Positions 39,790-53,827 are shown, counted from the first letter of the stretch. The stretch is 64,000 nt of DNA from Octopus sinensis (GCF_006345805.1 NC_043023.1:4402001-4466000); one strand, 5' to 3'. The notes: generated from the sequence alone by a model not told the origin. Made by a program: numbers and translations.

Positions 39790-40170
39790 CTAGAGTAGTC
39801 GGTGTTGGTTCAAGAATCTCCACTTAATGCTGAGATTTTGAAAGTATGTTGGATGTCTCTAAATGAAGACTGGTTCTGTGGTGGAATACCTTCACCTTCC
39901 ATATATGAGTTCCACTGCAGAAACTTTGTGTGTTCTACTGCCAGCCCAGGCAAACTCAAATTTCATCTGCTCTCTGGCATGTTTGTGGTTGAGCCTGGCA
40001 GTGAAGGCCTCTGACATTCTCTGCCGCTCTAGACTACATCCATCCTCACTGGTACGTGGGTGGAGATGGTGAGCCCCACTTGGGAAAAGTGACTGTTCCA
40101 GCACACCTTCCTTGCTATCCTGTTGGGCAATGCCTTTTCCATTTTGTCTGCTGAGAAACTTTTTAGATAG
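39790..40170 (-). mobile_element. RTE-like LINE 3' fragment
   Basis: Broken frame …WAG…ELIYG… resembles the RTE C-terminal 'RW.GH…LYG' motif. Confidence 0.45.
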
Positions 40171-41339
40171 CAATAGGTGCATGTGTGGTAAGAACTTTGC
40201 TTTCCAACCACAGGGTTTTGGGTTCAGTATGTGACACATTGAGCTGATCAAAGCCTTGTGAGTGGATTTCATAGATGGAAACTCGAAGAAGGCCCTTGTA
40301 TGTGTATGTCTTTGCCCCTCCCATGACCACCACCACTTGACAACTAGTGTTGATGTGTTTATGTCCCTGTAACTTAATAGTCTAGCCAAAGAAAAATTGG
40401 GTCCAATTCATTTGCTTAATAACTCTTCCAGGAGATGCCCCAGCATGATTGATTCATAACTTTTATCTTTTACTTGTTTCAGTCATTTGACTGCAGCCGT
40501 GCTGAGGTACCACTTTGGAAGGTTTTGGTCAAACAAATCGACCCCCAAAACTTATATTTTAAGCGTTGTAATTTTTCTATTGGTCTCTTGCTGAATTGCT
40601 AAGTTGTGGGAATGTAAACACAGCAACAGCAGTTGTCAAGTGGTGATGGGGGACAAACAGACAGAAAGGCGTATTCACACATGACAAGCTTCTTTCAGTT
40701 TTGGTTGGCCTGAGGGCATAGAAAATACTCAATGTTTCACACAGTGGGGCTGAGCCTGGAAGCAAGCTTCTTACCTTACGCTACATTTGCACTTATATTC
40801 GATCATTTAACCCTACAGCATTCAGATTACTCTGTCAAATGTAATGCTTATTCACATCGCTTTGTAGTTTTGAGATTTTGATGAGCTAACTATTATTAGA
40901 ATGATGTAAGGTTGGTGTGGGAGGCCATGTCTGGCCAGTTTGAGCATAAAACAGGATAATTTGGCTGAAAATAACTGGTTTAAATGCTAAAGAATTGATA
41001 CTTCTACTATCTGTGTAGAAAATTATGGATAACATAAACTGTATCCCTCACTTGAGACAGTCGAGCAACCTACAGGGAAAAAAGGTGGGATTAGGGCTAA
41101 AAAGAATAGCTACGAATAAAAAAAATTAGACTGGACCACCTGGTTGGGACGACAAGGGTTCTAGTTGGTCCCATCAACAGAACAGTCTAGTGAAATTGGA
41201 TGAGTACTCCACAGATACATGTAGCCTTAACATAGTTTTCAGGGGAATTAGACGTGACAGTGTTAGTCCTTTGAATTGAAAGTATTACAATGGAATAGCA
41301 ATATATATATTTGTATGTGTAACGTAATAGTTGAGAAAA

Positions 41340-42400
41340 ATCCTTTGGTTTCATATCTCGTGTGAACTAGACATGTTTTGATGTTACGTGATGATGGAGT
41401 GTTCTGGATCCAAAGAGATGAACTCAATAATCTCGTGTGACCACCATTAGCATTGATTACTGCCAGGCTTCTTCTGTACATTAAATGCCCCCAACGATTG
41501 ATGAAGACAGGGGATAGCTCTGTTAGAATTTGCAGTGAGTTGTACCACGGATGTCATTTAGCTTTCTTTGGATTGCATCCCACAGGTGCTCTATGAGGTT
41601 CAAGTCTGGATGGCCATGACAGTGTCTGGATGTTGTGCTGCTGTTGGCGGAAGTCCACCTGGCAGTATAGGCATGGGGGTCATGTTGGAGCTTGTGATTC
41701 TGATGATGAGCAAAGTATGACACAATGCGAGGCCTCAACACTTGGTTGATGTAGCAAGCAGCAGTTAGCCCATTGTCCTGGCTTTGGCTGATATTTTGGA
41801 AGGTCAATGGTTCAAGTTTCTGGCTGAGTGTAATCCCACTTCATATCATGATGCTCTGTCCTCCCTATGAGTTCCTCTCCACCACACAGCCCTCAGCATG
41901 ATACCCCTTTCCAGACCCTAGCTCTGCCATCTGGAACAGAAATGCAATATTGACTTTTGTCAGAGAAGACTACAGTCCTCCACTGCTGATATCGCCAGTT
42001 TTTGAGCCTGCTGCAGATGTCCCAGTTGATGAGGATCTGGGAGGATGAAGGTCCCTAACTGGACATCAACAAGACGGATTGAAAGATCTCTGCCACTGGT
42101 GAACTGTCTCTACACAGAATTGGTGCTGTCAGTGCAAGTGGGGATCTTGATGTGTTGTAACCCTTGGTCAGCCACTGCATGGACAATCATCCGTGCTGTT
42201 TGGCATTGTATTGTTCCCTCAGCTGCACAATTGTCCGAATACTACAGTTCAAGTTATTAGCAATGGCCCTTGGACGTTCACCAGCATAGAAATGTCTGAT
42301 GGCTTCCTCCCTCTGATTTCATGTTAGTCTTGGCATGCTTGTGTTATCCGGGAGACGAATGACAGGCTGGTCAATTTGGGTACCTTTTATACCCAATGAT
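41340..42400 (-). mobile_element. Tc1-family transposon remnant
   Basis: NGLTAACYINQVLRP…QHD…H…PDLNLIEHLWDAIQRKL corresponds to the Tc1 DD34E catalytic region. Confidence 0.88.
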
Positions 42401-42809
42401 TCATCGTTTTGCATGTGCATCATGCTTTTCATTAAGATGTGTTCGTGAGCATTACCATGTTCATGAAAAGTGGGCTAGTTTGAACCCTACATGCCATCCT
42501 TGTTTTCAAAAGAGAGTGTTGTGGGTTAGTGACATCTTCCCAATGTCAAATTACCTAAAACTGTTTCTTTTGTAGTTCATTATGTATATATATATATATA
42601 TACACACACACATATATATATACATCCAACTGTAGAAATCGTGTCAAAGCTGACATAGAATTTTGTGCTCTGGGTTGTCTTCTTGTCAAACCACCCAACC
42701 AGGCGGACATGGGGAAAAAAAAATGTTAAATGATGATGAATTATATGAGGTATGGTTGAAAAGTTTGTAGACTGACCAACGTGCTCTCTTGGAATGTGAC
42801 CAAATGAGG

Positions 42810-43130
42810 TTCATTTTTCAACATAGTCATCCTTACGGTCCCTTTTTTTTTCTATTTGTGTCCTAGTGCTTGGAGCTTGGATTCCATCGGTGAAGCATCT
42901 TTCATCCCATTTGTCAAAAAAGCCATCAATAGCAGATATGTCATCATCACTGCAATACTGGCCGTGTGATAAGACATCACATCTGCCAACTCTGAGACAG
43001 TACACAGTTCTGTGTCCAAACCTTACTATCAGGCTTGAACATCCCCCAGAGGGTTATAGAGAAAAAGCAGTATCAGATTGATTTGTTTGATGAAAACACT
43101 GACCTGCAAATTCCAGCCAGTTTTGTTTAA
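42810..43130 (-). mobile_element. mariner transposase C-terminal fragment
   Basis: LSHGQYCSDDDISAIDGFFDKWDERCFTDGIQA…DYVEK* is a typical mariner C-terminus. Confidence 0.85.
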
Positions 43131-43290
43131 GGGTTTAGTTGATGGGTTGTCAAGATCCATATTGTGACTTTGATCTATGGCAGGCATGAAACATGTTAAA
43201 GGCCTTGTGCAGAAATCAAGTATATGTGTTGTCTAGTGATTGCTGTTGGGCTAGTGTAGCATGAAACAGGTGTAGTGTTAGGTCACATGA

Positions 43291-43715
43291 CAGAAACCCA
43301 CCTTTTTGACTGGAGATTCCAAATCTGCAAAAAAAAATTGGCATTTGAAAATTTTAATCCCCCCACCCTGCAATTTTTCACTTTTTAAAAAATTTCTTTT
43401 GTGAAATAAGTAGAAAAATATGGAGATTATGATTCTGAAAATTTTGAAAATGTGTTTTTGGGGTTTTCAAAATCTTCAATCTGTAAGTACATTCTAACCG
43501 GAAAGTCCAAAAAGCTAGAAACAACAGCCAAATCAAAGATCCACTTTCTAAATATGAATTACCAAAAAAGAAAAAATTCTTTAAAAATGTTATTTTGTTG
43601 TCATGTATGTGTGCAAAACTAATTTTTAATTACCTCTCTTAATTCCAAAATTTTCAAATGCCGATTTTTTTTTTTGCAAATTCAGAATCTCCACAGTCGA
43701 AAAAGTAGGTTTCTG
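43291..43715. mobile_element. MITE with about 65-bp imperfect TIRs
   Basis: CAGAAACCCACCTTTTTGACTGGAGATTCCAAATCTGCAAAAA… is inverted at the right end (…GAATCTCCACAGTCGAAAAAGTAGGTTTCTG). Confidence 0.8.
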
Positions 43716-45199
43716 TAGAAAAAAACCCTGAAAGAAGGTGCAGTCCATGTCCTTTACTTCTGCTCACACACACACAAATATATGTACATTTACATATATA
43801 TGCACATATGTACACATAAATATATATAAACATATACAGTACATTCACAAATACACATGTTCATAATTATTCATATACATAGGCGCAAGAGAGGCTGTGT
43901 GGTAAGTAGCTTGCTTACAAACCACATAGTTCCGGGTTCAGACCCACTGAGTGGCATCTTGGGCAAGTGTCTTATAGCCTCGGGCTGACCAAAGCCTTGT
44001 GAGTGGATTTGGAAACTGAAAGAAGCCCGTCGTATATATGTATATATATATGTATGTGTGTGTGTATACGTTTGTATGTTTGTGTTTGTCCCCCAACATT
44101 GCTTGATAACCGATGATGGTATGTTTACGTCCCCGTAACTTAGCAGTTCGGCAAAAGAGACCGATAGAATAAGTCCTGGGGTCGATTTGCTCGACTAAAG
44201 GTGTTGCTCCAGCATGGCCACAGTCAAATGACTGAAACTAGTAAAAGAGTAAAGAGATATGTATATTCTTACATTTATAACCACACACCCACATGTACAT
44301 CAAATTGTATAGACCTATAGATGTATACAGACAAATACATGCTCATACTTATGTGTACGTATATTAATCTATACATACATTTATATTATATAGTAGCACT
44401 TACACACATGTACATGTATATACATAGATAGATACATATCAGTTTATGGCTGAGTGGTCTGGGACAATTGAAAGAGTAATTTGCTCAAGAACCCAAGTCC
44501 AGGAATTGATACCACACTCTTGTGGTTGTGGCCTAAACTCCTGGCCACTAGTCCTCATTAGCCAATTACCTGGCATCAAAACATTTCTAGCATTAGTAGG
44601 AAGACAGTTTACAATCTTCGCTAGCTATGTGTTTATGTTACTCTAATAGTTCTCATCTAGGGTCCATATTACCCCTGGGGTTACATTTAAGATTTTGGGG
44701 GCTCAACACTACCAAAATTGAGTACACAATTCTCAAATTCTCAAATTTTTTTCCATAGTTCAGCCTCGATGAGTTAGTGTTTGAATAGCAAAATAGAAAT
44801 TTCAAAAGAAGCATCTCTAAAACAAGCTTTTAAACAAGGATAAGCTATGGGGGTTCACTAGAATAAAACAGTAATCAAAGGGGCTCCACACAAGCAAAAT
44901 AGTAAATCAGGGATCTATTGTAAGGGTCCATGAAAAAGGTTTCTTGCTCATCAGAGCAAGAAACCTTTTACATAGTTCAACCTATACAAGTTAATGTGTG
45001 AAAAACAAAACAGGAATTTTGAAAGAAGTGTCTATAAAACTAGTTTTTAAACATTGAATGGCTATAGGGGTCCACCAGAGCAAATTAGTAATCAAAAGGG
45101 TCCATAGATAAGGAAAGGTTGAAAACCACTGTGCTACACAACGAATACTGGATTAGCCTTTCCTAGAGAATCGAGGTTCTTGGATTACCTTTTCAATTC

Positions 45200-45830
45200 A
45201 CATCAGTCATCAGGTGTATCTTGCTCGAGAACAATGTTATCACTGATGCCTTTTCTCATCTAGAAATGTCAGCCCTACACACTATTTCTAATATTGCTTT
45301 CATACATATCACCATTGATGAGGAGTTCCAGTTGCTACTACGTGGTACCTCCTCTATTACTTTTGAGAAAGTCCATCTCCTTTTTCTCGTCTCAGCAACT
45401 GCACAAGTTCACCTGTTTTCTGTGAACTTTGCAACATGTCCAGCCCAGCTGATCTTGTGTTTTCAGTATTCTGCAATGAATTCATTCATTCTGCTCCATT
45501 CTGGAATCATTTCCTCCTGGATATACTCTTAGAATGACATTCCTAGCATAGATCTTTCTATGACCCTTTGAGTCATAGCCGCTTGATGTTCTTCCTTCCC
45601 TGTGATAGCCCACATCTCACCTGTGTCTAAAAGTACAGGTAGGATGGTGTTGTTAAAAAGTTTGGCATGTATTGTCTTTATAGAGATAAACATGTTCTAC
45701 TTTGCCTTTATTCTCCTCAAGATGTTAACATACTCAACAGACAAAACTCTTCCTTTGTTTATAGTTGTTTGGTCCAAGAAAAAAGTTAATGGTTTCCATT
45801 TGAACATTTTGTGCTAAAAGTTAACAGATA
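45200..45830 (-). mobile_element. RTE LINE 3' fragment
   Basis: LFNNTILPVLL…E.W…TQRVIERSMLG…ISWAGHVA. Confidence 0.85.
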
Positions 45831-46559
45831 TTTGTAATTGGTGAACAAAGACCAAAGAGATGTCAAGGGGAAAAAAAAATTAAGAAGCTTTGAGCTGAAA
45901 GCCTGATTATTGCGGCTGGAGGCATTATAGAAAGTACCAAGTCACTACATAAATTCCTTCCAAAAATCAAAGATTTGTATATTCCAAGAGTAATTAAAAG
46001 AAAAAAGTAAATATTCTGATTGAAAGTTAGTTTTATTGTTTTTTATATGATCTTACCCGAACATTGAGGCTGTTGTAGGGTAAGGGACTAGAAGGAGGGA
46101 AAAGAAGGGAGTTTTTGACAATTTTTTTATGTGACTTTTTGCAACAAATTTTTTTTTATATGGTAACACTTTTTATAATCTAATGGCTAACTCCATGAAC
46201 GAATTAAGAACACTCCGGACCTGCAATCAGGAAATTTGGGATTCCTATGTTTTCATTACTGTGATTGTTTTTGGTGATTTTTTTACACGATTTTTTCTCA
46301 CGAATATGATCATCATTGGGATATGACTCTGGAGGAAGCAACTGCAACAAATTCTTTTTCTGTTTGTGTTTTTTTTCAGGCGCTGTTATCTCTAACCTAA
46401 ACTCCACTTGTTTAGCCTCAGATTTGTCCTGATCCAGTAGACCTAAGATCAAAGATGTTCCTACTGTGACCATCCCATCCTTTATTTAGACATAGTGTAT
46501 CTAGGACTACATTATCAAATGTGTAGTAAAATATGGGGCAAAGAAAAAGATTCCTCCTG

Positions 46560-47250
46560 CATGCAGTGCAGAGCAACTCTTTGCTCCCTGAACAACATTC
46601 TGCCTGGATGCCTTGGGCACTGAGAGAAGACCGATTCAAGTAGAGACATGACAGGGTCCTTGTCGAAATTGCCAAGTGGACTGATCTGCAAAGAGTATGA
46701 AATTGCTAAAAGAAAGTGGCAAAATTAATGGTAGGGGACCTGTTTTCTATTTTTAGTCAGCCTCAGATGAGTATATTGAAGTGGATCTAAAGAGCAGACT
46801 TATTTTTCCAGAGAAGATAGTGATAATATCACTTCGACAACACATGTTCCTGCTCCCCAGAAATACAAAAACAATCATTATGGTGAAAACTCATAGAGCC
46901 CTGGGAGGACAGACTTGAAATTACCCAAGTAGGTTAAGGAAACAAATTATCAGGACTTAGGTGATGAGATCCATGTCAAGAGACAGCATGCGGCCTAATA
47001 CCCTACTAAAGTTGGCTTAGGCTTGGGAAATGAAACTAGCTCAAAATGGCTATAAGAGACCACAAGTGGAACCCTTCCATAGGTGGAAACTAGTTCAGTC
47101 CTTGCTGCCTCATTTAGGCAAAGTGTATAGGCTAAGGGACGAAATGCTTCTGACCCTGAGATACCTGCTGACGATATGGCAAGGTTTCCTGTATTGCGAT
47201 CGATTTAGAAGAGCTTGCGGAACATCTGAGTAACTCCTGCAGTTTCTGAA
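46560..47250 (+). mobile_element. Decayed non-LTR element with REL endonuclease (HERO/NeSL-like)
   Basis: …EVDLKSRLIFPEKIV…TKTIIMVK, then P(W)E-like, VEPF… Matches the 'VDL…L.FP…RPD…ELTVPWE' region. Confidence 0.6.
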
Positions 47251-47739
47251 TGAAGCAAAGCATCTCTGATATTTCATCTATAGCTATAATTGTTGTTTAG
47301 CTCCCAGTCTCTCTTGATGCAGCAGGTTTATGATCAACGACGTTCCAGCTGTGACTATCCCATTTAAAAAATTCAAATATAATATATTCAGGACTACATT
47401 ATCAAATGTATAGAATAGTAGATAGTATTTGTAGTTGTTGGAAGGCAGAATCGTTAGCACGCCGGACGAAATGAGTATCCGTATTCCGTCTGCCGTTACG
47501 TTCTGAGTTCAAATTCCGCCGAGGTCGACTTTGCCTTTCATCCTTTCAGGGTCGATTAAATAAGTACCAGTTACGTACTGGAGTCGATATAATCGACTTA
47601 TTCCATTTGCCTGTCCTTGTTTGTCCCTTCTGTGTTTAGCCCCTTGTGGATAGTAAAAAGATATATTATACGATTGGGTGGAAAGGAAGAGAGGTTCGAC
47701 TGTTGTTTCTAGTACAACAAGCACACATTACGTTCTTTT

Positions 47740-47999
47740 CGACAAGGGAAGTAATCAACGTTGCCAAACGGTGACTTTCTGTAGATGGAAACAGGAAACG
47801 TGCTTCCATATATATAAGGAGCAGATAACTCTCATAACTTCCTGTTCATCTATAAACTTGGAAGCACATGTTTTCTCTTGAAACAGTAAATATATTATAT
47901 ATAAAGGATTAATTGGAAGAAATTGTTGGTATTACAGGAAAGGGGAGACGCGTTGTTAGGGACTGACTTAATATCTGATGTAGATTTAAGATTTAAAAC
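47740..47999 (+). promoter_or_regulatory. Probable REXO4 promoter / 5' UTR
   Basis: CpG-containing unique DNA before the ATG, with an ETS-like ACTTCCTG (47837-47844), an opposite-strand CAGGAA and TATA-like TATATAAGG/TATATAAAGG. Confidence 0.4.
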
Positions 48000-48392
48000 A
48001 TGAAATTGCATAAAACAGCCTCCAAAACTTCATCTGGGCCATCGTCTTCGTCATCAGTTCCTCGGACGTTTAAGAATAGTGTTGGAAAGAAAAAGAAAAA
48101 AATTAAGTACAAAAACACAAATAACGATAAAAATAATGATAATAAACATGGTGATAAAAGACATGGCAAATTTGTTCACAAATTTAAGCAGAAATGGAAA
48201 AGGACGAAGAAAGAGAAGAAAGCTGTCGCAAATGAAAACGAAAAGAAAACTTTAATAAATGGTGATAATGAAAAGAAGACGAAAGATGTCGATAAATCCA
48301 TGGCACAAAAAACAGAATCTGGAGGTATCGGACTTTGTTATGTTCCAACTGAAGCGGAAGAATGTTCTAGTAACTGGAAAAAGTTATCTGCG
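48000..48392 (+). CDS. REXO4: REXO4-like RNA exonuclease, exon 1 (Lys-rich N-terminus)
   Basis: 131 codons, Lys-rich, ending VPTEAEECSSNWKKLSA. This resembles the REX4-family motif (human …PEDFSQNWKAL, yeast SSNWQAL). Donor GCG|gtaagt, phase 0. Confidence 0.7.
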
Positions 48393-49348
48393 GTAAGTAC
48401 TGTGACTGTTTTAGTGTTGGTCGTCGTGGTGTTGGTATTTTAATCCCAGTTCAAACATTGTTCCCTTTTATAGTGGTATTCCACTATTTTACTTAAAATT
48501 ACTTTCAGTAATGATATTGTGGCGCTTACAAGAGAGTTGAAGCTACGTTAATTATTCATACACCTTCGTAACTTTTGTGGGGGGCGCGTGGCTTAGTGGT
48601 TAGGGTGTCAGCACCATGATAGTAAGATTGTGGTTTCGATTCCTGGACCGGGTGACATGTTGTGTTTTTGATCAAAACACTTCATTTCATGTTGCTCCAT
48701 TCCACTCAGCTGGCAAAAATGAGTAACGCTGCGATGGGCAAGACATACGTCATAGAAACTGGGAAACTGGGTCCATGAGCCTGGCTAGGCTTTAAAAGGG
48801 TGCATTTATTTTTATTTTTCGTAACTTTTACCGCAACTTCACGCATGTTGGGGGATAAAATTCATATATATAGGTGCAGGCGTGGTTGTATGGTAAGAAG
48901 CTTGCTTCCCAACCACATAGTTCTGGGTTCAGTTCCACTACGTGATATCTTGTGCGTCTTCTGCTGTAGCCTTGGGTCAAACAAAACCTTGTGAGTATTT
49001 TGATCCACATATATATTATGTAAAGTCGTGTGTCATTCATTTCCAATATTTTGTGAGCACATATCTATTCATGGGGAAATATTACCTTGCTTGGAAACAG
49101 GTAAGGGTTGGTGACAAGAAGGGCATTCATTTGCCTCTTTTAAACATGGGTTGAAGCCCTTACAAGCATGGAAAAGTAGATTTAAATGATGATGTGTGAT
49201 TTGTGAGAGATCTAGCTGGCGTTTCTAGTATGTTGAGTGACCATCCCTTTTGTACATGTGACCCCAAGGTCAGTAGCCTACAAACTCTTACCTCTTTGTC
49301 TCTGAGCTACTACTCCACCTCATCACAGTATTTTTCTATTAATTTCAG

Positions 49349-49473
49349 ACAATTCTCGGGTCAAATCTGCAAAAAGAAACAACCACAGACAAGAAGATGA
49401 AGTTAATAGGGGTTCCTGATTCACAGTTGAAAGTAGTAGGGATCCATGGAAATGTGTTGCACAATGGCAATAG
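49349..49473 (+). CDS. REXO4: REXO4-like exon 2 (predicted)
   Basis: tttttctattaatttcag|ACA; open frame TILGSNLQKETTTDKKMKLIG…HNGN; donor AG|gtgggt; phase 0 to 2. Confidence 0.55.
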
Positions 49474-49993
49474 GTGGGTAGACTGGCTTGTTTCATCATC
49501 TCAGTATATATATGTATATTTTACATTGGCATTGTGAGATTAATAACCTGGTGTAGAACACAATATATGGTTGCTTCAGAACAAAGTGTCAGTGTTTGAT
49601 GACAGGGGACAGAGACTTCTGGTGGTTTGCTGTACAACAAGCCAGGTAAATGTGTGGTCGTCCTTGCCTACAGGTGTGTCCCCTACATCCCTCTTCAGTT
49701 GAGCATTTCTAATCTTGCAGGCTTGTGGGTGCTGATGCCATGGAAAAAGCACCTGTGCCAGTGTTGTGCAAATGCACCCAGTGCACTCTGTAAAGCGGCT
49801 GGTGTTAGGGAGGACATCCAACTATAGAAACCATGCCAAAACAGACAACTGGAGCCCAAGCAGCTCTCCAGCTGGCCATCTCCTGTCATCCTGTCCAACC
49901 CATGCCAGCATGGAAAACAGATGATAACTAACTGATGGTATATATATATATATATATATATATATCTATCTTTTGTTGTCTTACCATTTCTAT

Positions 49994-50068
<75 letters not shown>

Positions 50069-52385
50069 GGTGAAGGAGTGGCTGTGTGGTAAGTAGCTTG
50101 CTTACCAACCACATGGTTCCAGGTTCAGTGTCTTCTACTATAGTCTAGGGATGACCAAAGCCTTGTGAGTGGATATGGGTGACGGAAACTGAAAGAAGCC
50201 TGTTGCATATATATGTATGTGTGTATTTGTGTCTGTGTTTGTTTTAGTCATCCTGTCCAACCCATGCTAGCATGGAAAGCAGATGCTAAATGATGATGAT
50301 GATGTATGTGATGGACTTTTTTCAGTTTTATCTACAAAATCCTTTCACAAAGCTTTGGTTTGACCAAGGCTATCGTGGTGCTAGGAGTGAGACTGAACCC
50401 AGAACCATGTAGTTGGGAAGCAAACTTCTTACCACACAGCCAAGCATTTTTAACAGTTGAACTCAATAGTGTGTGAAAATTGAGTTGGAAAACCCTTTTG
50501 ATAGAAAAAACTGAAGGCTTTCAAGTTCAACCGTTAAAGACAAAATACCTCCCATTTTCTTGCAGTTTTGAAATTCAGTATGACATAAACAATGTGTGGT
50601 CACAGCCATGACTGTGTGGTAAGATGCTTGCTTCCAAGCACATTGTTTGGGGTTCAGTCCCACTCTGTTGTGCCTTAGACAAGTGTCTTCTATACCCTTC
50701 GGTCAACCAAAACCTTTTGAGTGGATTTGATAGACAGAAACTGAAAGAAGCCCATCATGTCTTTGTCTTGACAACCAGCGTTGGTGTGTTTATGTCTCCA
50801 TAACATTGCGGTTTGGCAAGAGAGATCGATAGAATAAGTACCAGGCTTAAGGACAAATAAAAACCTGGGTTGATTTATTCAACTAAAAATTCTTCAAGGC
50901 AGTGCCCCAGCATGGTCGCAGATAAAAACATAGAAGCTATTCTTTTATTATTTTAACCCTTTCACATTCAGATTACTCAGTCAAATGTAGTATCTATTTA
51001 TTGATACTGCATTATCTTGTAGCTTTGAGATTTCAACAATGTGATTGTGATTGTTTTATTTTTAGAGTATTTTTGTAGGGCACACAGGAACTTCTGCTGT
51101 CCCTCAATCTGTTACAAATATTCTAATCTTAGCTACTGGTCTTTCTGAAAGACCTAGAATAATGGGTTTGACTACACTTTGGTGCTCCTCACTTTTTTCG
51201 ACTTCTTGGAAAGTATATTTATTTCAATGAAATTTTGCAAAGAAAGTATTTTGAGGGTGTATATTGCAAATGCTTTAAATTGTCGTTTTCTCTACCTCAC
51301 AAATTATTTTACATAAGTCTTTAAAACATTTTATTCATTTTTGAGAATGTAAATTTTTCATTCTTAAAATGCATGGGAAGAAACCCAAAACTATGTGGCT
51401 GTGAAACAAATTTCTTAACCACATGATACATATATCTGTTTGTATGTGTGTACCAAGTAATCAGTTCACCTGTGAAGGTGGTGGCTTAGTGGTTAGGTTA
51501 TTCAGCTCACAATCTTAAGGTCCTATGTTCAATTTCTGGCAGCACATTGTGTCCTTGGATAAGACACTTTATTTCACGTTGCTTCAGTCCACTCAACTGG
51601 TGAAAACAAGTTGTACCTGCAATTCAAAGGGCCAGAGCCTGTGTCACGCTGAATCTCCCTGGGAACTACATGAAGAGTACACATGTCTGTGGAGTGCTTA
51701 ACTACTTGCTTATCAATTCCATGAGCAGGCTGTTCTGTTGATTTGATCAACTGGAATCTTCATTGTTGTAACTGACAGAGTGCCATTTAGTTAACAGTCC
51801 ACCTAACACTCAATAATAGCTCCTAGATCAATGTAGTTTGGTCTCCGTTTACAGTCTGCCAATGTGGCTTGATCCACCAGTGTCAAACCAGTTGTTTGGA
51901 GTAAGTAACATGTCAATGTAGTTTTGTTGATTCAGTTATATTTTTGCTCATTTTTCATTTAATTACAAATTTCAGAAACATTCACATTTCATTATCTTCA
52001 TTTATAATTAGTTGTTTAAAGTTATTGCTTTTGTTTTTGAGATAGAAATCCCAAATATTATTTAAAAACAGACAACCAAAATTACAGCCTGTAAAAACAG
52101 GTTTTGCTGTCTAATTCAGAAGTTTCCTTCCAACCACATGCTTCCAGGTTCAGTCCAGCTCTGTAGTACCTTGGGCAAGTGTTTTCCACTACAGTATCAG
52201 GCTAATCAAAGTCTTTTAATTAGATTTGATATACAGAAACTGAAAGAAGCCCATTGTGTTTGTGTGTGTGTATACATACATACGTATATAAATTTTATAA
52301 ATAAGGATAAGATCGTTAATTTAATTATCGATCTTATCAAGTGGCCAGCATGGGAATAGAAACCTTAAAAGGTAATAATTATTAT

Positions 52386-52553
52386 TAAAATTATAATTTA
52401 GGGTATCTAAGAGATACCTCCACACTGGAAATAGCAGCCAAAACTTGACTCTAAAACCACATTAAATGAACATTTAATGTGGTTTTAGAGTCAAGTTTTG
52501 GCTGCTATTTCCAGTGTGGAGGTATCTCTTAGATACCCCAAATTATAATTTTA
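52386..52553. repeat. 168-bp near-perfect palindrome
   Basis: 83-bp arms, 2-nt loop (52469-52470), one mismatch. Confidence 0.97.
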
Positions 52554-52639
52554 TATATATATATGCTGTGCGTGAGAAGACCCGGCAAGACTAGTGAGGC
52601 CATAACCCGTGGCCCCTACCTGGGACGTAGTCAGTCCAC

Positions 52640-53190
52640 CTGTACATACCTTCCTTCTTGTGACACTTGTGAAGACCTGTTGAGGCAAGTGAAAATCAAA
52701 CCAAATCAAAATAGATGAACATCAATGGAATTTGTATCTTTGTGGTACCAGTGCCGGTGGCACATAAGAAAACCATCCGAACGTGGCCGTAGCCAGTACG
52801 GCATCGACTGGCCTCCGTGCTGTGGGCACGTAACAAACACCATCCGATCGTGGCCGTTCGCCAGCCTCGTCTGGCACCTGTGTTGGTAGCACATAAAAAA
52901 CACCATCCGAGCGTGGCCGTCTGCCAGCCTCGTCTGGCACCTGTGTCGGTGGCACATAAAAAACACCATCCGAGCATGGCCGTTCGCCAGCCTTGTCTGG
53001 CACCTGTGTCGGTGTCACATAAAATCACCCACTACACTCTCAGAGTGGTTGGCGTTAGGAAGGGCATCCAGCTGTAGAAACACTGCCAGATCTGACTGGC
53101 CTGGTGCAGCCTTCGGGCTCCCCAGACCACAGTTGAACCGTCCAACCCATGCTAGCATGGAAAGCGGACGTTAAACGATGATGATGATAT
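52640..53190 (+). mobile_element. SINE family A with internal tandem repeats of about 60 bp
   Basis: Repeated 'gcacataaaaaacaccatccgagcgtggccgt…ctggcacctgtgt', then the family A body and GAT tail. Similar copies at 55360-56170, 56190-56560 and 62770-63015. Confidence 0.85.
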
Positions 53191-53194
53191 ATAT

Positions 53195-53420
53195 CTCTTT
53201 CCGCTCAGTCGAAGTCGACTCTCGGTCACTCGTTGGATCAGTGTCCTCCAGTCAGTTCTATCCTGGGCCACTTCCTTCAGACTGGCCATGTTCATTCCGG
53301 TATCACTCCTGATGGTGTCAAGCCAGCGGGTTCTTGGTTGGCCTCTTCCTCTCTTGCCACTGACCATTCCGAGCATGATGTCCTTCTCCAGGGATTCTCT
53401 CCGCATAATATGACCGAAAT
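53195..53420 (-). mobile_element. RTE LINE 3' end fragment
   Basis: RLAYFGHIMRRESLEKDIMLGMVSGKRGRGQPRTRWLDTI…AQDRTDWR. Confidence 0.88.
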
Positions 53421-53774
53421 ATGCCAATCTATATATACACACACACACGCGCACACACACACACATATACTAGTAGAGCTACCCAGCCTTGTTCAGGATT
53501 AAAATGCCATGTGAATGTGGCCATGCTGGAGCATTGCCTTTGGTTGAACAAATCGACCACAGGATTTATTCTTTGTAATCCAAGTAGTTATTCTATCAGT
53601 GAACTGTTGAACTGCTAAGTGATGGGAATGTAAACACAGCAACATTGGTTGTCAAGCAATGGTGGGGGTATGAACACAGACACACACCCCCACATGCAAA
53701 TACACACATATATATGAGTCTTCTTTCAGTTTCTGTGTATGATATCCACTCACAAGGCTTTGGTCAGCCTGAGG

Positions 53775-53827
<53 letters not shown>

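Noticed and set aside
46204-46473. Protein-like minus-strand ORF, and a strong plus-strand acceptor at about 46379
   Set aside because: Half of it derives from a dispersed repeat also seen near 28840 and 47330. No compatible partner exon or domain was found.
52482-52490. GTTTTAGAG, like a type II CRISPR repeat start
   Set aside because: Single occurrence inside a palindrome in eukaryotic DNA; no array, spacers or cas genes.
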